64,000 bases of DNA from Gammaproteobacteria bacterium (GCA_024639905.1 JAHEGE010000008.1:12023-76022); one strand, 5' to 3'; counted from the stretch's first letter, positions 54,323 to 64,000 are shown. Translations and numbers: made by a program. The notes: generated from the sequence alone by a model not told the origin.

Positions 54323-56440
54323 ATGAGATTCCCCCTAAGAAGAATTACCCGCTCTCCATCACTCGCTAACCAGATCCAAGGTCAACGCACCACTCATGCA
54401 GGCGGCGCCCTGATTCTCTGCGCGCTGCTGAGCGCGTGCGGAGGCCAGCAACCTGACGAATCGAGCCCACGGGCTGCATCCGAACAAGCCGCTGCCGATG
54501 CCACCATGACGTTGTCTGCCCTTGGCGCGTCTGGCGACGACTGGCAGGCCTATGCGGCAGACATTGGCAGCACCAAATACTCCCCCCTCGCGGACATCGA
54601 CAAGGGCAATGTCGCGAGCCTGCAAGTTGCCTGGCGTCGCCCTGCTCTGGATGCGTTCTACACAGAGCTAAACCCGAGCCAACGCTTTTCGACCAACTAC
54701 GTCGCAGCGCCTGTGGTTATTAATGGCGTCGCCTATATACCTAATGCAGTTGGGCTGGTTGAAGCCTTCGACGCAGCGACCGGCGCCACTCTCTGGGTAC
54801 AAGCGCCTCCCGGCGGCGTAGATGGCCTGCCGGGAGCGCCCACCCGCGGCGTTGCGTACTGGCAAGCCGCCGATGAGCCAGATCGCGTGCTCGTTCAACG
54901 CGGCACTTTCCTCTACGCAATGGACGCCGAGACCGGAGAGCCCGCGGCGGGATTCGGTGTCGACGGTAGGGTCGACCTGCAGCTCATGCCGGCGGAGTTT
55001 GAGCGCTTCCGCTGGGGCGGTGTGCCGATGGTCGTGCGCGACGTCGTCGTCATCGGTCAGGCGATGTCGGATAATTTCTCTAATAAAGAAGCCTACCGTG
55101 GCGATGTGCGCGCATTCGATGTGCGCACCGGAGAGCTGCGCTGGACCTACCACACTATCCCGCAGGAAGGAGAGTTTGGCACCGATACATGGCAGGATCG
55201 GTCTTGGTCTTACACCGGCCACGCCCCCATGTGGTCGTTATTCAGCGCCGACGAGCAATTAGGGCTGGTGTATATGCCTATCTCGTCTGCAACCAACGAC
55301 ATGTACGGCGGCCATCGCCTCGGCGACAACCTATTCAGCCAGAGCCTCGTGGCGGTAAGTGCCGAGGCCGGTGAGCGCGTGTGGCACTATCAAATGGTGC
55401 ACCATGGTCTCTGGGATTATGACCCGCCCGCCGCGCCCATCGTGATGGACATCGAAGTCGATGGCGAGACGGTGCCGGCGGTGACACAGATTACCAAACA
55501 GGGCTTCGCCTTCGTCTTCAATAGACTCACCGGTGAGCCGGTATGGGAGATAGAAGAGCGCGCGGTGCCGGCATCGACAATCCCCGGCGAGGTCGCCTCA
55601 GCCACGCAGCCCTTCCCCACGAAGCCGGCGCCATTTGATCGCCAGGGCGCATTAGAAGACAACCTCATCGACTTCACGCCCGAGCTACGCGAACAGGCGC
55701 TGGCAATTTTTAATCAATACGTCACCGGCCCCCTGTTCACTCCTCCTTCACTGCGCGACGAATCCCCTGGCGGCACGCTCGGCACGATTCAGCTTCCGGG
55801 ATCGCAAGGTGGTGCCGATTTACAAGGCGCGGCTTTCGACCCTTTGTCTGGCATGCTTTACATCCCCTCCATTACGGCGCCCTTCATCGCCGACATCGAG
55901 CTCGGCGATCCCGAGGTTACCAACCTGCGTTACGTGAAGGGCGCACGGCGCTGGATCGGCGGACCGCAGGGTCTGCCCCTCTTCAAGCCGCCCTATGGGC
56001 GTATTACGGCTATAGACATGAACACCGGAGAGCATCGATGGATGGTGCCAAATGGTGTTGGGCCGGTCGACAATCCGGCCATCGCGCATTTGGGGTTGGA
56101 GAAACTAGGCGTCCCCGGCAGGCCATCGCCGCTGCTCACCCGGTCACTCTTGTTCTTAGGCGAAGGACAAACTAATCAGCGCCCCGGCGGCCGCATTCCC
56201 GCCGACATGCCCATTGCCACCGCGACCAACAGCGGCGGGCCGATGTTCCGCGCCTACGACAAAGACACTGGCGACATTCACTGGGAGGTCGCACTGGAAG
56301 CAGGCACTACCGGCGCCCCTGTGAGTTACCGCGCCGGAGGCAAACAGTTCATCGTGGTCGCAATAGGTGATCGCGAACATGCGCCGGAGCTCGTTGCATT
56401 CGCGCTGCCCGATGCTGATAATTCTGAAAAATCCGAATAA
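54323..56440 (+). CDS. PQQ-dependent dehydrogenase (quinoprotein), lipoprotein
   Basis: Lipobox ALLSAC. Repeated W-containing propeller motifs, HHGLWDYDPPAAP. About 705 aa, similar in layout to glucose/quinate-type quinoproteins. Confidence 0.85.
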   Translation: MRFPLRRITRSPSLANQIQGQRTTHAGGALILCALLSACGGQQPDESSPRAASEQAAADATMTLSALGASGDDWQAYAADIGSTKYSPLADIDKGNVASLQVAWRRPALDAFYTELNPSQRFSTNYVAAPVVINGVAYIPNAVGLVEAFDAATGATLWVQAPPGGVDGLPGAPTRGVAYWQAADEPDRVLVQRGTFLYAMDAETGEPAAGFGVDGRVDLQLMPAEFERFRWGGVPMVVRDVVVIGQAMSDNFSNKEAYRGDVRAFDVRTGELRWTYHTIPQEGEFGTDTWQDRSWSYTGHAPMWSLFSADEQLGLVYMPISSATNDMYGGHRLGDNLFSQSLVAVSAEAGERVWHYQMVHHGLWDYDPPAAPIVMDIEVDGETVPAVTQITKQGFAFVFNRLTGEPVWEIEERAVPASTIPGEVASATQPFPTKPAPFDRQGALEDNLIDFTPELREQALAIFNQYVTGPLFTPPSLRDESPGGTLGTIQLPGSQGGADLQGAAFDPLSGMLYIPSITAPFIADIELGDPEVTNLRYVKGARRWIGGPQGLPLFKPPYGRITAIDMNTGEHRWMVPNGVGPVDNPAIAHLGLEKLGVPGRPSPLLTRSLLFLGEGQTNQRPGGRIPADMPIATATNSGGPMFRAYDKDTGDIHWEVALEAGTTGAPVSYRAGGKQFIVVAIGDREHAPELVAFALPDADNSEKSE

Positions 56441-56460
56441 GCAAAAAAGGAGAAAGGCGC

Positions 56461-57033
56461 ATGACGAATTTCCAAGAACAGAGGCGGCGCCTACTCACTG
56501 GGGCATTGAGTCTCGGCGTCGGCGCCTCGTTGATCGGCTGCAGCAGCGCACTGTCGCCAAGTGCCGGCCGCATCGAGGCGCGACTGCGCACATTAGGCAT
56601 AGAGCTGCCTCCTACCCCTGCGCCGCTCGCAAACTATGTGGCGTATACCGTTGAAAATAACGTCGCCTATATCGCCGGGCAGATCCCTATGAACGCAGGG
56701 ACGCTCATGCACCCGGGAAAAGTGCCAACACAGGTATCGATTGAAGAGGCTCGGGCAGCCGCCTATCAATGTGGCCTCAATCTACTCGCAGCACTCAAAG
56801 GTGCGTGTAACGGCGACCTCGATCGCGTGAGCCGCTGTGTGCGCCTGCAAGGGTTTGTAGCCAGCGCTGATGACTTTACCGCTCAGCCAACAATTATTAA
56901 TGCCGCCTCAGATCTTTTAGTGGAGGTTTTCGGAGAAGCCGGCAAGCACACTCGCCTGGCTATCGGCACGAACGTACTGCCGTTAGACTCTTGCGTCGAA
57001 ATTTCTGCGACGTTCTCGCTCACGCCCGAATAG
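56461..57033 (+). CDS. RidA/YjgF-family protein with a Tat-type lipoprotein signal
   Basis: N-terminus MTNFQEQRRRLLTGALSLGVGASLIGC (twin-Arg plus lipobox), then YIAGQIPM...ARAAAYQCGLNLLA...LPLDSCVEISATF, a RidA-like core. Confidence 0.8.
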   Translation: MTNFQEQRRRLLTGALSLGVGASLIGCSSALSPSAGRIEARLRTLGIELPPTPAPLANYVAYTVENNVAYIAGQIPMNAGTLMHPGKVPTQVSIEEARAAAYQCGLNLLAALKGACNGDLDRVSRCVRLQGFVASADDFTAQPTIINAASDLLVEVFGEAGKHTRLAIGTNVLPLDSCVEISATFSLTPE

Positions 57034-57061
57034 CAACTAAACCCGAAGGATAGTTTCACCG

Positions 57062-58576
57062 ATGCTACAACACCGATTCTTAGACTCTGTCAGCAAGACG
57101 CCCGACAAGATCGCGTTTATAGACCGCACGACCGGCCGCGACATTAGCTTCAAGCAAGCGCGTATCGCCGGGCTAATCCTCGCTCGCCGATTCCGCAAAC
57201 TCGAACGCGGGCGCATCGGCATCATGCTTCCCACCTCGGGTGGAGGCGCACTCGCCGTCCTCGGCGCGGTTATAGCCGGCCGCACGCCGGTTATGATTAA
57301 CTACTCCACGGGCGCGAAGAAAAATTGCCGCTACGCGCAGCACCAGTGCGACTTCCATACGATTATCACCACGCGCGCACTGCTCGAGAAAACCGGCTGT
57401 CCGCAGCTGCCAGAGATGCTATTCATCGAAGACATCCTTGCATCGCTGAGCCCTATCGAAAAAGGGCTCGCTTTTGCCAAGACCTTACTGCCGACACCGC
57501 TGCTCAAAAGACTGGTGGGCCGCAACGACCTCGACCAGCCCGCCGTCATATTGTTCACCAGCGGCAGCGAGAAAGACCCTAAGGTTGTACAGCTTACCCA
57601 GCGCAACCTTCTATCCAATATCGATTCGTTCTGTGAGCATATGGAAATCTACGGCATGGACCGGCTGCTTGCAGTGCTGCCTTACTTCCATGTCTTCGGC
57701 CTCACCATCAACTTGTGGACGCCTCTGTGTCTGGGTATGACGTCTATCACGTATGCGAATCCACTCGAATACAAAACCGTCGCGCAAATAATTCGCGAAA
57801 CCAAACCGGAACTGTTGGTTGGCACGCCCGTGTTTCTAGAAGGCTATGTGCGACAGTCAGCAACCGGTGATTTTTCAAGCATTAAACTCGCCGTGTCCGG
57901 CGCAGATAAATGCCCAGAATCACTACGCCAGTTATACCGAGAAAAACACAATCTTGAGATTCACGAAGGTTACGGCACCACAGAAACCTCGCCGGTCATC
58001 TCAGCCAATCCTCGTGGCGACAATCGCCCCGGCAGCATCGGCGTGGTCATCCCGGGTACGGAAGTAAAAATCCTCAGCTATGAGAATGGCGAAGAATGTG
58101 CGCCAGGAGAAACGGGAAAAATTCTCGTGCGCGGACAAGGCGTAATGAGCGGCTACCTTAACGACGTCGAAGAGTCTTCACTCAAACTTAAGTCGGGCTG
58201 GTATGACACCGGCGATCTTGGTTATATGGACGCCGATGGCTACCTTTACCACAAAGGCCGCCTCAAGCGTTTCGTCAAAATTGGTGGCGAGATGGTGTCG
58301 CTAGTTGCGGTAGAGGAGTGCCTTAATGGCGTCACCGACATGGATTGTGAGTGCTGCGTAGTCGAGCTTCCCGATTCGAAACGCGGCTCGAAAATCGTGG
58401 CGGTCACGAGTAAAGACGTCGACCCCTCGAAAACCAACAAACGCCTCGCCGATGAGTTGCCTAACATCGCCCTACCCAAAAAATACGTTACCGTCCCGAG
58501 TTTCCCTCGTATGGGCAGTGGCAAGACCGACTTCCGCGGCCTTACCGAACACGTCTGGAAACTGGAACAAGAATAG
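57062..58576 (+). CDS. AMP-dependent synthetase/ligase (acyl-CoA or acyl-ACP synthetase-like)
   Basis: ILFTSGSEKDPKVV (AMP-binding motif), GYGTTETSP, WYDTGDLG, GRLKRFVKIGGEMVS. Confidence 0.85.
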   Translation: MLQHRFLDSVSKTPDKIAFIDRTTGRDISFKQARIAGLILARRFRKLERGRIGIMLPTSGGGALAVLGAVIAGRTPVMINYSTGAKKNCRYAQHQCDFHTIITTRALLEKTGCPQLPEMLFIEDILASLSPIEKGLAFAKTLLPTPLLKRLVGRNDLDQPAVILFTSGSEKDPKVVQLTQRNLLSNIDSFCEHMEIYGMDRLLAVLPYFHVFGLTINLWTPLCLGMTSITYANPLEYKTVAQIIRETKPELLVGTPVFLEGYVRQSATGDFSSIKLAVSGADKCPESLRQLYREKHNLEIHEGYGTTETSPVISANPRGDNRPGSIGVVIPGTEVKILSYENGEECAPGETGKILVRGQGVMSGYLNDVEESSLKLKSGWYDTGDLGYMDADGYLYHKGRLKRFVKIGGEMVSLVAVEECLNGVTDMDCECCVVELPDSKRGSKIVAVTSKDVDPSKTNKRLADELPNIALPKKYVTVPSFPRMGSGKTDFRGLTEHVWKLEQE

Positions 58577-58605
58577 TCCAGACCCTGTAGCCGTAAGGCA
58601 GGGGC

Positions 58606-59610
58606 TTAGTAGAGGTGGCAGGCTACTTGGCGGGTCAGTTCCTTTAGCGGAATAAGCTGCGGCGTGACTTGTCTGCACACATCCATCACCTTAGGGCAGC
58701 GGTTAGCGAAACGGCAGCCAGCGGGGACGTTAACCGGCGAGGGGATCTCGCCCTGAATCGCGGTTGACGGTCGGCCGCGTTCTAGTTTGGGGTCAGGCTC
58801 TGGATTAGAGCCAATCAGCACCTCCGTGTAGGGGTGTTTGGGATCGAAATACAGTTCATCCGCGCGGCCTATTTCGACCAGCGAGCCCAAATACATGACC
58901 GCCATGCGATCGCTCACATAGCGCACCATCGATAAATCATGAGCGATGAATAACAGCGTCAGTCCCATCGATTCTTTTAGCTCGCCCAACAAATTGACCA
59001 CCTGCGCCTGAACCGACACATCGAGCGCGGAGATAGGCTCGTCGCACACGACGAAATCAGGTTCGAGGATGAGCGCACGCGCGATACCGAGTCGCTGGCG
59101 TTGGCCGCCGGAAAACTCATGCGGATAACGCGACATGTGATCTGGCTGCAAGCCAACTCGGCGCAGCCATTCTGCCACGCGTTCCTTGACCTCGGCAGAC
59201 TTCAAATGGGCGTGCAGGCTCAAACCCTCGCCAACAATTTCACCTACCGTCATACGCGGATTCAATGACGAATACGGGTCTTGGAAAATCATCTGCATAT
59301 TGCCAGCTAAACGCTGATAGTCCGCCGCGCGATAATGCGCAGGCAAGGCCTCGCCGCGAAAGCGGACTTCGCCGGCGGTTTTGTCGTGCAAACCTAGCAA
59401 TGTCTTACCGAAAGTCGATTTACCAGAACCGCTCTCGCCTACCAGACCCACGATCTCCCGCTCGGCAATCGCAAGCGAGACGCCATCAACCGCATGGACG
59501 CGTTGCCCGCGACCCATGTCGAAGTATTTCGTCAGTTCGCGGGTTTTCACTAGCGGCGTTTGCATAGCGGTGCTCTGCATAGCCGCGCTCTGCTTATCTT
59601 CGTGACTCAT
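58606..59610 (-). CDS. Peptide/nickel-type ABC transporter ATP-binding protein (OppF/DppF-like)
   Basis: GESGSGKST Walker A, FSGGQRQRLGIARAL, LLFIAHDL, and a C-terminal oligopeptide-type extension with Cys residues. The ATG at 59610 is chosen for its GGAGGAGGG RBS. Confidence 0.9.
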   Translation of the reverse strand: MSHEDKQSAAMQSTAMQTPLVKTRELTKYFDMGRGQRVHAVDGVSLAIAEREIVGLVGESGSGKSTFGKTLLGLHDKTAGEVRFRGEALPAHYRAADYQRLAGNMQMIFQDPYSSLNPRMTVGEIVGEGLSLHAHLKSAEVKERVAEWLRRVGLQPDHMSRYPHEFSGGQRQRLGIARALILEPDFVVCDEPISALDVSVQAQVVNLLGELKESMGLTLLFIAHDLSMVRYVSDRMAVMYLGSLVEIGRADELYFDPKHPYTEVLIGSNPEPDPKLERGRPSTAIQGEIPSPVNVPAGCRFANRCPKVMDVCRQVTPQLIPLKELTRQVACHLY

Positions 59611-60694
59611 TACGACCCTCCTCCACAGCACTCCCGCCTTCGAACTTCTCGTTGCGAGATGCATCGCTTTCGCGAAAGAAGAGCCCCGCGGGTTTCATCG
59701 GCGACTCGTCGTGGTGTAACCAGCAATGCGCAGCATGGTCGCGCGCGCCAGTGCCGGCCAGCGGCGTCTCGGCAGGCTGGCTTTCGCAGACCACCATCGC
59801 ATGCGGACAACGCGGTGCGTAGCCACAGCCGGGCGGCGGCGCAAATAGATCAGGTGGACTGCCTTCTATGGGTTGCAGACTTTGCTTAAGCGCTGGATCG
59901 TTGCTCGGCATTGCTGCCCGTAAGCCCAGCGTGTACGGGTGCGCACTGCGATAAAAAATATCATCGACACTGCCGCGCTCGACCACTTTACCTGCGTACA
60001 TCACCGCGACAGAGTCGGCCATGCGCGCGACGACACCGAGGTCGTGGGTAATGAGTACAATCGCCATACCAGTCTCGGCCTGTAGCTCCTGCAACAGATC
60101 GAGTATCTGCGCCTGAATCGTCACGTCGAGCGCCGTGGTCGGCTCGTCGGCAATGAGTATCTCTGGTTTGCAGGCGATAGCCATGGCAATCATTGCGCGC
60201 TGCAACATACCGCCAGAAAACTCGAAGGGATATTGCTTGGCGCGCTTCGCCGCCTCGGGAATGCGCGTGACTTCTAATAAGCGTATCGCTTCGCGCGCCG
60301 CATCGGCGCGGCTAAGACCGCGGTGCACCTGCAGAGGTTCGGCAATCTGATCGCCGATCGTCATGGTCGGATTAAGTGAGGTCATCGGGTCTTGAAAGAT
60401 CATGCCGATCTGCGCACCCCGGATCTCTCGCCCATCGATGCGCGACTGGCCTAAAATTTCGTGTCCGCGCAGGCGCGCGGAGCCGCGTGTGATGCGCCCG
60501 GGCGGCATCGGAATCAAACCCATGATGCTCTGCACAGTAACCGATTTTCCGCAGCCCGACTCTCCCACGATCGCGAGCGTTTCGCCGGCTGCGACGCGAA
60601 AATCTACCCCGCGTACTGCCTGTACAACGCCACCGTAGGTGTCGAACTCGACGTTTAGATCCTCAACGACGAGTAGGTCCTTTTGCTCGCTCAT
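59594..60694 (-). CDS. Peptide/nickel-type ABC transporter ATP-binding protein (OppD/DppD-like)
   Basis: GESGCGKSVT Walker A, FSGGMLQRAMIAMAIA, LITHDLGVVA. ATGA overlap with the upstream permease gene. Confidence 0.9.
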   Translation of the reverse strand: MSEQKDLLVVEDLNVEFDTYGGVVQAVRGVDFRVAAGETLAIVGESGCGKSVTVQSIMGLIPMPPGRITRGSARLRGHEILGQSRIDGREIRGAQIGMIFQDPMTSLNPTMTIGDQIAEPLQVHRGLSRADAAREAIRLLEVTRIPEAAKRAKQYPFEFSGGMLQRAMIAMAIACKPEILIADEPTTALDVTIQAQILDLLQELQAETGMAIVLITHDLGVVARMADSVAVMYAGKVVERGSVDDIFYRSAHPYTLGLRAAMPSNDPALKQSLQPIEGSPPDLFAPPPGCGYAPRCPHAMVVCESQPAETPLAGTGARDHAAHCWLHHDESPMKPAGLFFRESDASRNEKFEGGSAVEEGRNESRR

Positions 60695-62067
60695 TCTCTA
60701 TTCCTCATGCGCGCATCCAACGCATCGCGCAGGCCATCGCCCAGCAAATTAAACGCAAGCACGGTGATCGAGATGAGCAGCGCAGGGAAAATGAGTTCGT
60801 GAGGAGTGGTCAGCATCGTCTTGATTCCCTCATTAGACATCGAGCCCCATGAGGGGGTCGGTGGCGCCACGCCCATGCCTATGAATGACAGGAATGCCTC
60901 GGTGAATATCGCGCTTGGGATCGCAAACGTGAGCGTCACTAGCACCACGCCGAGCGTGTTGGGCAGCATGTGCCGTAAGATCAAATAATGCGTCTTCGCG
61001 CCGAGCAACTGCGAGGCGCTGATATAACCCTGTTCGCGAATCTGTAATATTTGCCCGCGCACCAGGCGCGCCGTCGCTGGCCACATTAGGAGTACCAGCG
61101 CCACGAGCATAGGCAGCACACCGCTCTCTCCTGGCCCAATTCCGAAGGCGATCTTAAACAGAATCATAAACAGCAGAAAAGGCAGCGCGACGACGAAGTC
61201 GGCGAAGCGCATCATTGCAGTATCCACCCTGCCGCCGACGAAGCCCGCGACCGAACCAAAGATGACGCCAAAAAGCACGAAACACAGCGGCGCACCGATA
61301 CCAATGAAGAGAGATACGCGCGCGCCCGCCATCAAGCGCGCAAGCATATCGCGCCCCAAATAATCTGTACCCAGAGGGTGCGCCGCCAGCTCAACGCTAT
61401 CGCCGAGAGCAAGCGTCGCCTCGGCTGCCACTAAGCCGCGCTCCTGCGCCTCAGCAAGGGTCGTCACACGCTGCGCCTCAACCGTCAGCGCGGCAGTTTG
61501 ATCGGACAAACTCCCATCGGCATTGAGCCCGACAATCGTGTAGTAGTAAGTGCCAGGCTTTATATCGAGCCTATCTTCGAAAGAAAGTGTTGCGTTGTCG
61601 AAAAATTCCGCGCGCGGAATCCCATAGGCGCGCTCGGGGCCAACCGGAAAGAGGTTGCGATAAACCCGATGCCCTTGCGCGCCCGGTAACGCATCCCACG
61701 CCAGCCGCACCGCCTGCGTTGTCGCCGTCTCCGCGAGGCGCAGCCCAGTGCCAGGCGTACTGCCACCTGCCCAGGGTTCATAGGGGGCGACGATTAACGC
61801 CACGCGGTCAACACCGGGCGGCTGACTCACCTGGTCTAAGTCCTGCGCAGCAGGATTGACGCGCCACACGAGAGGGCCCACTAGCGTGAACAGCAGCAGC
61901 CCAACAACCAAGAACAGGGAAACCAACGCGCGCTTATTTGCTTTCAGTCGCAGCCAAGCGTCCTGCCAATACGACAGCGACGGGCGCGACAGTGTTTGTA
62001 CTTCTCGCGCGGAATCCAATTCAGAGAAATCGCGTGCCTGTTTGCCCGAGGCAGCGTGTTGAGTCAT
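60691..62067 (-). CDS. ABC transporter permease (OppC/DppC-like) with an enlarged first periplasmic loop
   Basis: C-terminal half HPLGTDYLGRDMLARL... plus 5 TM segments typical of OppC. An extra ~150 aa follows TM1, including a fibronectin-III-like segment. Confidence 0.85.
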   Translation of the reverse strand: MTQHAASGKQARDFSELDSAREVQTLSRPSLSYWQDAWLRLKANKRALVSLFLVVGLLLFTLVGPLVWRVNPAAQDLDQVSQPPGVDRVALIVAPYEPWAGGSTPGTGLRLAETATTQAVRLAWDALPGAQGHRVYRNLFPVGPERAYGIPRAEFFDNATLSFEDRLDIKPGTYYYTIVGLNADGSLSDQTAALTVEAQRVTTLAEAQERGLVAAEATLALGDSVELAAHPLGTDYLGRDMLARLMAGARVSLFIGIGAPLCFVLFGVIFGSVAGFVGGRVDTAMMRFADFVVALPFLLFMILFKIAFGIGPGESGVLPMLVALVLLMWPATARLVRGQILQIREQGYISASQLLGAKTHYLILRHMLPNTLGVVLVTLTFAIPSAIFTEAFLSFIGMGVAPPTPSWGSMSNEGIKTMLTTPHELIFPALLISITVLAFNLLGDGLRDALDARMRNRE

Positions 62068-62999
62068 TACTGCATCCTCACACGCGGGTCGATAAAGCCG
62101 TAAAGCACATCGACGACGATGACCATGAATACTAGAAATGCGCCGTAGAAAACCGTCGTACCCATAATCACGGTGTAATCCAATTGCTGCACCGCCTGGA
62201 CGAAGTAACGCCCGAGGCCGGGAATTGCGAATACCAACTCGACCACAAAGCCGCCGGTCGTAATTGCCGCAATTGAAGGCCCCAAAACGGTAATCACCGG
62301 CAAGATCGCATTACGCAGCTGATGCTTGGTAAAGATACGCGCCGCGGGCAGACCCTTGGCCTTAGCGGTGCGCACATAATCGGCGCTAATCACCTCGAGC
62401 ATCGACGAGCGCATAAGACGCGTGAGATACGCCATGGTGCCCATACCCAACACGAGCGCGGGCAGCAACATATGCCATAGCGTGCCCCAGCCGGCCACCG
62501 GCAGCAGCGTGACACCCAGCGCCGCATTCACGCCCACGAGCGCAAGCTGGCTCACCGCCGCGATAACGAAACTCGGCACCGAGATGCCGAGGATAACGAA
62601 AAACATAATGACGTAGTCGGGCAATCGGTTGCGATAAAGCGCGGTCAGCGCGCCCCATAACACACCGCCTGCGGCGGCAAACAAGACGGCAAGCACGCCG
62701 AGCGTAGCGGACACGGGAAAGTGCTCGCGGATGATGTCGTTTACCTCGCGATTCTCTTGCGTAAACGAGATGCCGAAATCGCCACGCACGAGGTTGCCGA
62801 GATAGATGACATATTGCTCGCCGAGCGGCTTATCGAGCCCGTATTTCGCCTCCACATTGGCACGGATCGCCGCTGTCATCGCGCGGTCGTTAAGCAGGGG
62901 GTCGCCGGGAACATTGTGCATGGCGAAGAAGGTTGCCGTGGCAATAAACCAGACGGTAATCACACCCTGCGCAAGGCGCTTGAGGATAAAACTCCACAT
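62067..62999 (-). CDS. ABC transporter permease (OppB/DppB-like)
   Basis: MWSFILKRLAQGVITVWFIATATFF..., DYVRTAKAKGL, typical of OppB/DppB. Confidence 0.9.
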   Translation of the reverse strand: MWSFILKRLAQGVITVWFIATATFFAMHNVPGDPLLNDRAMTAAIRANVEAKYGLDKPLGEQYVIYLGNLVRGDFGISFTQENREVNDIIREHFPVSATLGVLAVLFAAAGGVLWGALTALYRNRLPDYVIMFFVILGISVPSFVIAAVSQLALVGVNAALGVTLLPVAGWGTLWHMLLPALVLGMGTMAYLTRLMRSSMLEVISADYVRTAKAKGLPAARIFTKHQLRNAILPVITVLGPSIAAITTGGFVVELVFAIPGLGRYFVQAVQQLDYTVIMGTTVFYGAFLVFMVIVVDVLYGFIDPRVRMQ

Positions 63000-63051
63000 C
63001 AGCTGTCTTTCTTCCTTCGTTCGGCCTTCTCTGTGAAGCCCGGTAAATTAG

Positions 63052-64000
63052 TTACTCGTCGCCGTTCTGTGATGCACTGCGAATTTTGGCATAGGTATAG
63101 TCGACCTCGGGGCCTACTGCGCGACGGATCAGGCCGTCTAAACGTGGATCGACGACGAAAGACCAACCGCGCTCGTACATCGGCAGAATCACCACGTCCT
63201 CGTAGCTGATGCGCTGAATCTCGCCAAACGCTGCGCTACGTTTTACCGGGTCGAGTTCCGATTGCGCGATGCGTATATTCGCATCCATGTCGGCGCTATC
63301 GTAGCGTCCGCGGTTATTCAGATTCCACGACGAGAATAAGTCGCCGAATGTCAGCGCGTCATCGTAATCCGGACCCCACCCCGACAGCACGAGGTCGAAT
63401 TCGCCAGAAGTCATCTTCGCGAGTCGCTGCTTAAAAGTCTGCAGATCTATACGCACTTCTAAACCCAGATTGCGCTTGAAAAGTTCTTGGTAGTATTCCG
63501 CAGAGAGAGTCGACACGGGCGTGTCGCCGCTGAGCAAGACGATAGGCGGAAAGTCGTCCAGACCGAGTTCTTGCCGCGCCAGTTCCAAATGCTCGCGCGC
63601 TTTTGCCAGATTCATTTCATGTTTGGTCGGCGGATGTTCGCGGCGTAGCAGTTCTTGGGCGCCGCGTATCCAGCTGGGGAAAAGGCTCTCGGCAGGAATG
63701 TAGGCTGCTTCTTTTAGTACCTTGTAAACAAGCTCGGAGGGATCTTGGGCCAGCTGCATTGCCTTGCGGAAATTCTTGTTCTTGGTAACCCGCCCGTCGC
63801 GGTGATTGAACTCGAGGAAGAAGACGGTGCCATCCATGAAGCGATCGATGTGCCAGCGTCTCTCCATAGCCTCGGGCAGCATCGGTGCGACCAGATCGGT
63901 GTCGGCAATCTGCGCATCTTTAAAGAGGTTCAACTTGGCATTCACGTCGGTGGTGATGTAAGCAATATCAATTTCGTCAAGAAAGCCCTTTTCATCATTC
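63052..64000 (-). CDS. ABC transporter substrate-binding protein, family 5 (peptide/nickel); C-terminal ~315 aa, with the 5' end off the window
   Basis: The frame stays open to position 64000 (...NDEKGFLDEIDIAYITTDVNAKLNLFKD...). The C-terminal domain pattern ...LSGWGPDYDDALTFGDLF... is typical of SBP_bac_5. Confidence 0.8.
   Translation of the reverse strand, partial: NDEKGFLDEIDIAYITTDVNAKLNLFKDAQIADTDLVAPMLPEAMERRWHIDRFMDGTVFFLEFNHRDGRVTKNKNFRKAMQLAQDPSELVYKVLKEAAYIPAESLFPSWIRGAQELLRREHPPTKHEMNLAKAREHLELARQELGLDDFPPIVLLSGDTPVSTLSAEYYQELFKRNLGLEVRIDLQTFKQRLAKMTSGEFDLVLSGWGPDYDDALTFGDLFSSWNLNNRGRYDSADMDANIRIAQSELDPVKRSAAFGEIQRISYEDVVILPMYERGWSFVVDPRLDGLIRRAVGPEVDYTYAKIRSASQNGDE

Overview
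High-GC (about 60% by eye) gammaproteobacterial chromosome segment with no rRNA, tRNA, CRISPR, transposase or integrase genes. The first 12.4 kb is a Pseudomonas-like housekeeping backbone: dnaK-grpE, recN, fur, bamE, then rnfH-ratA, smpB and ssrA (tmRNA). Between bamE and rnfH sits a metal-themed insert (His-rich TonB receptor, small CxxC protein, Cys-free ArsA-like ATPase, small protein ending in Cys-Cys). A sodium symporter sits between ratA and smpB. From 12.6 to 30.3 kb there is mixed metabolism: acyltransferase, BASS transporter, aminotransferase, HAD, MDR reductase, exported MBL hydrolases, class III ADH, DmpA peptidase, NHL propeller, FMN hydroxy-acid oxidase, cobalt-type nitrile hydratase alpha/beta/accessory, and metY. 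The most unusual region is 30.4-53.6 kb. It holds seven cytoplasmic genes: two TPR-sulfotransferase fusions, one TPR-Asp/Asn-beta-hydroxylase fusion, one TPR-2OG-Oxy_5 fusion, two paralogous stand-alone 2OG oxygenases and SapC. These are followed by two tandem paralogous TonB-dependent receptors, an orphan PhoB with Pho-box-like repeats, a low-GC third TonB receptor, a secreted beta-helix-like protein, another Oxy_5-type oxygenase and an RpoE-ChrR sigma/anti-sigma pair with divergent TGATC-N17-CGT promoters. I know of no characterised system with this composition, and it is my top candidate for something undescribed. The last 10 kb encodes a lipoprotein PQQ dehydrogenase, a Tat-lipoprotein RidA, an AMP-dependent ligase and an Opp/Dpp-type ABC operon that runs off the window. 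All calls rest on reading the translated ORFs and the DNA. No database search was possible.
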